A model generated the notes under the pieces. That model did not search any database. It worked only from the letters and a program-made list of their open reading frames with translations, and was not told the DNA's origin. Position numbers and translations under genes: made by a program. From assembly GCA_964016885.1 (NCBI GenBank), contig OZ024743.1, forward strand, positions 215,140,001 through 215,204,000: a DNA stretch of 64,000 nt, given 5' to 3'. Shown here piece after piece: positions 55,330-64,000 of the stretch; the stretch's first letter is position 1; every line of letters starts with the position of its first letter. This stretch comes from Eledone cirrhosa (taxonomy: Eukaryota).

Positions 55330-56185
55330 TCCAGGACTGATGTCACACAAGATTTATTTCAAACACAAACTTTAAACCAAGAGTTTTCTCCTTCAAAGTA
55401 ATCCCCCTGCAGTCTAATGCACGTTTCCAATATTTTCTGCCACGCTTGCCTGCACCTGCACTCCTGGAAGGATTCTCTCGGGATCCTCCGCAGTTTCGTC
55501 GTCACAGCCATTTTGATGTCGTCCACGTCTTCAAAACGGGTCCCCTCCGGGTCGCACTCGAAGATCCATGACTCATCACCGGTGATGACTGTCCCTAGCA
55601 TGTCTGGTTTGGTTTCAAGACGCTCGAGGATGTCCTGGCACACTTGCATGCGTCGACCCTTCTGGTCATCGTTCAGTAGTTTTGGCACCAACTTCGCGCA
55701 GACTTTCCGCATGTACAATGCTTCAGTGAGAATCTCCCAGACGCTGTCCCGATTTATGCCCAGCTCATTTGCTATCAGTCGAACAGTCGGCCGACGATCG
55801 CTACGCACCATCTGCATGACGCGTTCAACGTTGACCTCAGTCCTGGTTGTTGAGGGCCTTCTGCTCCTGGGATCATCTTGCACCATTCACAAACGCGTGA
55901 GCGTGACATCGTCTCATCTCCATACACTTGGTGCAGCAATCCCAGTGTTTCTGACGGAGTTACCCCAACCGTACCAGAAACTTCAAGTTTGTTCGTTGCT
56001 CTGTGCCCATTGCTTGACAACCTGAAACAGAGGATTTGTATATGAAATTATGAAGAAAAAAGTTTGATCGCAGCAGAGAGCTAAGATTACAGTTACATAC
56101 TCCAGAGGGATTACTTTGAAAGAGGAAACTCTTAGTATGAAATTTGGGTTTGAAATAAAGATTTATTTCAAACCCAAATTTCACG
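55330..56185 (-). mobile_element. Internally deleted mariner-family transposon
   Basis: EQRTNLKFLVRLG, VYGDETMSRSRVCEW (HTH), MRKVCAKLVPKLL and VITGDESWIFECDPE joined directly to GTRFEDVDDIK..CIRLQGDYFEG; most of the catalytic domain is missing. Confidence 0.9.
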
Positions 56186-56186
56186 A

Positions 56187-56275
<89 letters not shown>

Positions 56276-56297
56276 TGAGAGAGAGAGAGAGAGAGAG

Positions 56298-56454
56298 AAT
56301 GGGGTTAGAAAACTAGAAGGTAATATCCGTAGTGGTAAAGCACTCAGCCCATGGGACGAGTTTGGCAGAAGTAGAAACACAACAGTTAGTTCACCATACC
56401 GAGAACAATTGTTTCAACTTCACAAAGGTGAAACAAATGTTCTCGGTATGGTGA
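56298..56454. repeat. Truncated relative of the 58190-58466 element with a short fold-back
   Basis: caccataccgagaacaattgtttca..tgaaacaaatgttctcggtatggtg; the upstream ~90 nt match 58190-58280. Confidence 0.8.
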
Positions 56455-56460
56455 CCTTAC

Positions 56461-57124
56461 TCGGAAGTTGTTTTTCGTTAATTCCTGAGCCGAAGTACGA
56501 TTCTCGCTAATTTATATTTGTATTAATCTCCAGAGTCTAGCTATTGACCAGTTAATTTTCTTGATTTTTTTAGTTGATTCTATTGACTGATGAACAGCTT
56601 ATGTTAACTTATAACCAATCTGTTTAGAGCTTTATTCGATTTGTGATGTTTTGCATTCTTGCAATAATATACACAAGTGAATTCATTCGCCTAAAATAAG
56701 GGTTGCCTCACTTGCCGAGCTCCACGTTGGGTCGGTAACGGTCATTCCTTAAATTAGCACTCGAACTAAAACCTGTTGAAAAAGTGGCTTTCTTGTTCAA
56801 TCATCTTTCCAGAAGCCTAACATTATTTATGTAAGCGGACGGTACTTGATTTAGGAGTCGCAGAAACCCAAATGCTGGATCTTACCAACCCAGGGGTCCG
56901 GGTAAATTGTTAATCACATACATTTTTATTTGTTTGACCCGAATTACTGGGTCGTTTTTTTTTGGTTGTGCGAATGATTGTTTAACCATCGTCACAGTGT
57001 GTTTGCCCTTTAACGTATGTTGTAGCTCTGGTTCATCTGAATCATTGAGCGCTTGCCACACATCTCGGAAGTTGTTTTTCGTTAACTCCTGAGCCGAAGT
57101 ACGATTCTCGCTAATTTATATTTA
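56461..57124. repeat. ~660-bp segment bounded by ~60-bp direct repeats
   Basis: tcggaagttgtttttcgttaa(t/c)tcctgagccgaagtacgattctcgctaatttatattt at 56461 and 57065. Confidence 0.85.
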
Positions 57125-57133
57125 TATATATAT

Positions 57134-58114
57134 ATATAAAGAAAAAAAGATGAAATCGAAAATGCAACTGGAGTCTTATTTAAACAAATATGTATATATT
57201 TATTTGGTTCCTTTACCGGTTTCGTAGTACTTCTGCTTTTCAAAAGTAGAGTTGAGATGGAGGGTCTGTGGTTTTTCTCACATCTGGTTGGTCTTTGAAT
57301 GTTACTTGTTTTATATGGAAAAAAGTGTCTCGAAACACCAGGTTTTTAGAGAAGTAATTCGATTGGTTGGTCAATAAATACAATAAATTTCGCGCAGCTC
57401 GCGTTACAAAGTTCTTCAGAGAAGAAGGGGGGTGCTCAGGTTGTTTTTTTCATATATGAGTGTTTGAATTTCTTTTTACTTAAAAAAAGGGGCTCACGAA
57501 GGCTTTTTTTAAATAAATGTAATTTGATTGGTTATGAATGAAATTATAGCAGTCACGTGAACATTTCATTAAATTTTCGCGCCCGTATTTGGGAATTTAT
57601 TTGTAGCCTTTTAGAGAATGTTGCGTTTGTCATAAATTCTCTAAAAGGCTACACAATAAATTACCAAATACGGGCGCGAAATTTAATGAACTTGTTCCCG
57701 TGACAGCCATAATTTCATTTACATCCAATTAAATTACATTTATAAAAAAATCCTTCGTTAGCCCCTTTTTTTAAGTAAAAAGAAATTCAAACACTCATAT
57801 ATAAAAAAACAATCTGAGCACCCCCCCCCCCTTGTTTAAAGAGCTTTGTAACGCGAACTGGCGCGAAATTTATTATACTTATTGACCAACCAATCAAATT
57901 ACTTCTCTAAAAACCTGGCGTTTCGAGCCACTTTTTTCCATATGAAACAAGTAACATTCAAACACCAACCAGATGTGAGAAAAACCACAGACCCTCCATA
58001 TCAACTCTACTTTTGAAAAGAAGAAGAACTGCGAAACCGGTAAAGGTACTAAACAATTTTTTTTTAAAAATAAGACTCCAGTTGCATTTTCGATTTCATC
58101 TTTTTTTCTTTATA
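57134..58114. mobile_element. Fold-back (~485-bp arms) with variant hammerheads (57210-57248 minus; 58008-58048 plus)
   Basis: 57134-57619 inverts 57636-58114; consensus tactt TTGAAAA gcag aagaa ctgc GAAA ccgg TA aagg. Confidence 0.85.
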
Positions 58115-58251
58115 CTTTCACTCGTGTAGGACACCTCGGTTATTTTTCATTTTGTAAAAAAGCCTCACTTTCTAATATATATATATAGTGGTAGAACACT
58201 GGAAGATAATATCCGTAGAGGTAGAGCACTCAGTCCATGAGACGAGTTAGG

Positions 58252-58466
58252 TAGAAGTGGTTACACAACAGTTAGTTCACCATACCGAGAACAATTGTTT
58301 CACATTAGCGGATCCTTAGCTCGTAATTGACATGCTTATACGGAACAGCCTGTTCACATTGTGAACAGCCTGTTCCGTATAACCATGTCCAATACGAGCT
58401 GAGGATCTGCTATGTTGAAACAATTGTTCTAGGTATGGTGAACTAACTTTTGTGTAAGGACTTCTA
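58252..58466. mobile_element. 215-bp palindrome centred at 58359 with a hammerhead pair (58283-58325 minus; 58393-58435 plus)
   Basis: Consensus tacgag CTGAGGA ..11 nt.. GAAA caattg TT ctcggta; ends at (TA)n. Confidence 0.85.
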
Positions 58467-58560
58467 TATATATATATATATATATATATACATTATGAAG
58501 AGAGAAGAAACATTTAGATATAATTAGTAATAAAATGTATCATACCTAAACTGCTCCTAG

Positions 58561-58593
<33 letters not shown>

Positions 58594-59098
58594 TATATAA
58601 AACAAAAATAAGAATTGCATTTTACTGTTTCTACAGATTATAGATATTTGTATAGGATAAAATATCTCTTAATGTCGTGCGTGCACGCCTGGCTAGATTA
58701 GCGTACCCAGGTCAGTCAGCCTTCATATACCTTCCTCCTTGTATTTCGGTCGGTTTAGCACCCTGCTGCTGACATGAAGCTTATAAACTACGTACATAAC
58801 ATTCTAGATGACTGACGTCTCCCTGTGACAGACAAGAAAAACAACAAACTTGTTAATATGTTTTGATTTGATTTTTTCGCTTAGCTATTTTTGCTTTCAA
58901 TACATGCCCATATATGCACTCTACCCTATAATAAGTTCAGCTAGATTCCCGCCGTTATTATACTGGTCGCTTAGTTCGGATCTACCTGTCGAAACGGCCG
59001 GAGCTCAGCCATCGGAGTCCTACATATATATATATATATATTATATATGAATTTATTTTCAAGATTTCTTATCTGGAAAAGTGTGTTGAAACAGATAT

Positions 59099-59504
59099 TG
59101 TTGTAGTTACGGAGGGTCATGCTACCAATAAAAATACACGCATCTGTTGCTTTTCACGTCAATGTAAAAATTTGCGGTCGATTGGTTGGTTCGATAACTG
59201 GATAGTTGTATATATTGCCAAAGTTCTTTCGACACACATCAGGGAGTAGGTATTTATTTTCTGTCTTGACCTTGTTCTGTCCTACACTATCTTCTGCAGG
59301 CCAGAACAACGGAGAGGCACACACAATAAAAATATAGTCATTGAGGAGGTCACAGAATGTGTGTCGAAATAGATTTGACAATATATAAATAATATTCTGG
59401 TTATCGAACCAACAACCAATCGGAAACGTACAATGAATTGAAGTGAACAGCAACATATGCGTTTGTTTTTATTGGCACCATGACCCTCCCAAAGTATGAC
59501 AACA
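59099..59504. repeat. Diverged fold-back with ~140-bp arms
   Basis: ggagggtcatg.taccaataaaaa..gattggttggttcgataac..tttcgacacacat inverts 59358-59504. Confidence 0.75.
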
Positions 59505-59520
59505 TATATATATATATATG

Positions 59521-60103
59521 AAAATTAGAATTGGTGCACTGAAGTAGAGTAGCGATGTATACATGAATGCATGCTTAGTATATTTGGCAATATATTGTAT
59601 GCTTAATTAAAAACATTTTGAAGCCCTTACGCTATTATTTAAATGTAGTGATTATGTCACTTATTTTTTTACAACAAACAAAGGGAGATAAGCTGTCAGA
59701 TCTGTTTCATACTGTTGGTAATCATCAGAGCTTAGCACTCGCCTTTGCCTGTTGAAAATTATAGATGTTGGATTCTTATAGAATACCAGTAATAATCAGG
59801 AACTGATTATACAGAGCGATTGCCGGTCCAGCAAAAATTGTAAATTAGAATTGGTGCTCTGAAATAGCGATGTATACATGAATGTATATAGAGTATATTT
59901 GGCAATATACTGTATTCTTAATTAAAAACATTGTGAAGACCTTGCGGTATTATTTTAAAGCTGTGTCTATGTCACTTATTTCTTTTTTTAACAAACAAAG
60001 AGAGATAAGCTGACAGATCTGTTTCATAGTGTTGGTAATCATCAGAGAATAGCACTCGCCTTTGCCTGTTGAAAATTATAGAATTCCAGTAATAATCAGG
60101 AAA
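59521..60103 (-). repeat. Tandem ~317-bp repeat, each unit with a hammerhead (59690-59733 and 60007-60050)
   Basis: Consensus aagct CTGATGA ttac caaca gtat GAAA cagatctg TC agctt; flanked by (TA)n on both sides. Confidence 0.85.
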
Positions 60104-60168
<65 letters not shown>

Positions 60169-60524
60169 TGACGGATGGATGTAGAAGACATTCAAAACCG
60201 TAGTACAGTGTAGATATAAATTTTCATTTTATCAAGGTCAAAATTACTTCGGAGTTTTGGTGAGAATTTTTCTATTACCCTCTCTACTACACCAATTATC
60301 GAGTACTCTGGTGTGTTATGGTCCACCTGGGATCTTACCACATCCTCTTTGTTATATATATATATATATATATGCCCATGGCAGACGGGAACTAAAATAA
60401 AGAATATGTCACCAACGTTTACGATGGACAACCAAGATATATATATAATTGGTGTTGGATGCTTAAAGCGTCCGTATGCGGTGGGCCCTATGAGCACTCG
60501 ATGCCCTCGTAGAGCAGAGTATGC

Positions 60525-62971
60525 TATCACAGAAAAAAGAGAATCAGTGTTGCGACGAAAGGAATTACAATTGTTTCTCAGGCGACCAGCTCGAGGCACG
60601 ATCGATGTGGTGATCAAACCTGACTCTGAAATCACGTGGTCCTCGGATACGTTGCGATTCTACGAAGCAGATTTTCCTATTGTCCTTTAACATCGAATTC
60701 TTTCGTTTGTTGATTTAGATCCTGCTGTCGTCAATCCATGAGTGGTCAAGAATTGTACAGATCACCGGTATTTCTAGGCACTCATGGTTGCCCACTGTTT
60801 GGTTCTTCTCGTTCTCCACCTGTCAATCAAAATTTCTACATATATCAGAATTACTACTGTGGTGGGAGAGTGGCTGTAATCTTAAACGGCTGGCATCACG
60901 TCGACGTATTCGTTGTCGCTAGGCTCCCTGGTCCACAGCGGTCAGGTACACACACGCAATTATGCTGTATGTGGCAGTCATTGTAAATAATGTTGGCGGT
61001 TTTTTTTTTCATTAAAAAAAATCATAGGGATATTTAGCATAACATTTCTAGGACACAGCCTTAGAATACCCTCCACCAATACATATTTCAAAAAGGAAAA
61101 GAAAAAGAAAAAGAAAAAGAAAAAGAAAAAGAAAAAGAAAAAGAAAAAGAAAAAGAAAAAGAACGTTTTTAAATGAAAGCTTGCAACAGCATTTCAAACA
61201 GAAAGGCTATATCAGAGATGTTTTCAACAAATACACCCAATTCTACACTCACACACTGGACTCAGGGGAGCCCGCATAGGCAAGACGCCGCACATATATA
61301 GACAGATGAATTTTAATTTTAATTCTAATTTTAATTTCAAGTTTTAATTTTGTCGTTCCATGCCGCTGGTACACACGCACACAACGCCTGCCGCTAGCAC
61401 ATTACAATCATGCATACTCTCCACGTGCATTCCATATATACTGTTATGAAACTCATACCCTTTACATTCCATGTATACATCAAACCCATGCACATCCCAT
61501 ATATACTTTTTATGAAATAGATGTTACACATAACCACAATATATATAACTTGTTTGTGTACGCATGCACGGCCCACATCTATCCACAAGCCACGAGACCT
61601 GCATCATGCGCAGGCTCCCACCCAGTGCCTTAGATCACCAGCCCCCATATATATCATATAAACATTTTCACCACACACCCAAGTATTGTATGCAACTTTA
61701 TCCACACCCCGATAATGCCCGATTCCCCTCTGCATCCTTGTCATGTATGCATTCTCTTTTTCCAGAATTTTATTTTATTGTATTTTATCTTATTGTATTT
61801 TATTATTGTATATTATTTCATTATTATATTATTTTATGTTATGTATGTACAGACATTTTTATATATATGCCACCCACGGTATATGTGATTAGTGCAAGAA
61901 TATTGTGCTGCCTTAAAATTTAGGCATATTGTTCAGGTAACTTCGGATTCATACCGCCACGTGATCTGGTTGGGTCAAAGCCTCAAAAGCGTTGTCTCAT
62001 ACAATACTGTGTGTTCCATCTGCGCAGCTGCGCGTGTGAAGACGGATGAGGGGGTACTCATCAAGTATATGCCTCCGGTATGGTACCACGCGGGTGCATG
62101 AATGTATGTGTGTCCACACAGACATGCATGAGCATGGGTGTGCGCATGCCTGGGTCGATGTATCTGTCTCAGCATGTCTGCGTGGGGGTATGGATGAGTA
62201 TCTATGGATTTTCTTTTCATCTGTCTATATATGTGCGGCGTCTTGGCTATGCGCGCTCCCCTGAGTCCAGTGTGTGAGTGTAGAATTGGGTGTATTTGTT
62301 GAAAACACCTCTGATATTGCCTTTCTGTTTGAAAGGCTGTTGCAAGCTTTCATTTAAAAACGTTCTAATACAGGTTTTTTCTTTTTCATTTTGAAATATG
62401 TATTGGTGGAGGGTATTCTAAGGCTGTATCCTAGAAATGTTATGCTAAATATCCCTATGATTTGTTTAAAAGTAAAAGAATATTCCCGCCAAACATTATT
62501 TACAATGACTGCCGCATACATCATAGTTGCGGGTGTGTAACTGGCCGCTGTGGACAAGGGAGCCTAGGGACAATGAAGACGTCGAAGTGATGCCAACCGT
62601 TTAAGAACTCAGCGGTTCTCCCACCACAGTAGTAAATCTGATATATGTAGAAATTCTGATTGACAGGTGGAGAACGAGAAGAACCAAACAGTGGGCAACC
62701 ATGAGTGGCTAGAAATACCGGTGACGTGTAGAATTCTTGACCACTCATGGGATGGCAACAGGATCTAAATCAGCAAACGAAAGAATTCGATGTTAAAAGA
62801 CAATAGGAACATCTGCTTCGTAGATTCGAGACGTTTCCGAGGACCGCGCGATTTCAGAGTCAGGTTTGATCACGACATCGATCGTGCCTCGAGCTGGTGG
62901 ACCGAGAAACAATTGTAATATGTCCAATAAATTCCTTTCGTCGCGACACTAATTCTCTTTTTTCTGTGATA
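60525..62971. mobile_element. Large fold-back with ~770-bp arms and a ~900-bp spacer
   Basis: 60525-61310 inverts 62216-62971. ORFs 60738-60986 and 62521-62748 are mirror translations. Candidate HHRs at 60561-60652 (minus) and 62831-62923 (plus). Confidence 0.9.
61096..61163. repeat. (GAAAA/GAAAAA)n microsatellite expanded in the left arm only
   Basis: Directly visible; the right arm has only a short T run at the matching position. Confidence 0.9.
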
Positions 62972-63029
62972 TATATATATATGTGTATATAAGAGAGTAT
63001 TATAGTTTGCTTGTAGCATTGTGGAATAA

Positions 63030-63438
63030 TTAAAAAAAATTGAACGTTTTAGAAGCCTCAACAATGCAGATGGGTAAATCTCCGGGAAACAGAATCCGGT
63101 GGTGAAGAGAGAAATGTAAGAGGAAATGTAGAATGAGATGTATAGTTTGTAAGGCGACGTAGGAAATAGCGTAAAAATAAAAAATAAATACTTTCCCCCT
63201 CGGAAACCCCCCAGTTGATGGATGCGAAATCCGAAATATAGGGACAATTAAATCTCACCCAAGGTAACTCTATCTCTTGTTATTATTTTTATTCTTATGC
63301 TCTTTCCAACGTTCCTCTACACAGTATATATCTCATTCTACATTTCCTCTTACGTCTCTCTATTCACCACCGGATTCTCTTACCCGGAGATTTACCTATC
63401 TGCATTTTTGAGCCTTCCAAAACGACCAAATTTATAAA
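63030..63438. repeat. Diverged fold-back with ~160-bp arms
   Basis: aatgcagatgggtaaatctccggg..gaatccggtggtgaa..gtaagaggaaatgtagaatgagat inverts ~63330-63410. Confidence 0.85.
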
Positions 63439-63456
63439 TATATATATATATATATC

Positions 63457-63598
63457 TCAAAGGTATATATTGACTTAGCAACTCAAAATAGTCTCTTACA
63501 ATTAAATAGCTCAAAGAAAGAGGTATTGCACGGCTCAGAAAAACCTATTTAATTGTAAGAGATTATTTTGAGTTTCTAACTCATTATATACCGTTGAT
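63457..63598. repeat. Small fold-back with ~50-bp arms
   Basis: actcaaaatagtctcttacaattaaatag / ctatttaattgtaagagattattttgagt. Confidence 0.85.
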
Positions 63599-64000
63599 AT
63601 AGTCGGCTCCAGTGATAATTTAAATCTCCTGTAAACTTGGCTGCTATTTTTAGTAGCGTACGTTTATGAGACACACTAGTTTCTGATGCCATGTGCGTTA
63701 TTTTATATTCGCACACTATTTAGTCTTCTGAGATACTTTTGAAGTGAAGGGTTTACTAATTTCACACCACTGATGAGCAAAGTATTGGTAATTCCCTTCG
63801 CTAAAATTGCGAAACAGCCTACCAAAGCTTTCTGGGCGTTAGGCAGTTACCCAATATTGGTTTCTTTTTCTTTCTTGATTTATTGATTTATATTGAGTCT
63901 GGCAAACCGTATTCTTATTAGTTAGGATTTTTTCAACCAAACGAATCTGGTCCCTTCGATTTGAACACATATATGTTTATATCTGTGTTTATCTCTCTTT

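Noticed and set aside
59099-59504. HHR in this fold-back and in the 63030-63438 fold-back
   Set aside because: No convincing core with paired stems; kept only as inverted repeats.
60738-62748. Apparent paralogous gene pair MSGQE.. on opposite strands
   Set aside because: Mirror translation of the inverted arms; the frames diverge and no domain is recognisable.

Overview
Eukaryotic, very AT-rich, microsatellite-dense DNA with no supportable host gene. The SINE, LINE and (TA)n content resembles octopus/coleoid cephalopod genomes (inference). Bases 1-11 kb hold decayed non-LTR retrotransposons: two R4/Dong-like RLE elements and a Tx1-like L1-clade element sitting in an (AAT)n tract. The rest holds SINEs, RTE/CRE fragments, an internally deleted mariner and four Penelope-like (PLE; RT/GIY-YIG) remnants. 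The main signal is about 20 type I hammerhead-ribozyme (HHR) motifs, found by eye. They come from about 12 unrelated sequence families and range from intact to degenerate. Most lie in the arms of non-coding fold-back (long inverted-repeat) elements next to (TA)n tracts. In all eight fold-backs with a recognisable core, the two HHRs point outward with the cleavage site about 40-90 nt from the outer end. One such structure still encloses a PLE RT/GIY-YIG remnant. There is also a 317-bp tandem HHR repeat, a U3-A8 compensatory core variant, C4 variants and greatly enlarged stem II inserts. Coordinates were counted by hand; no folding or database searches were run.
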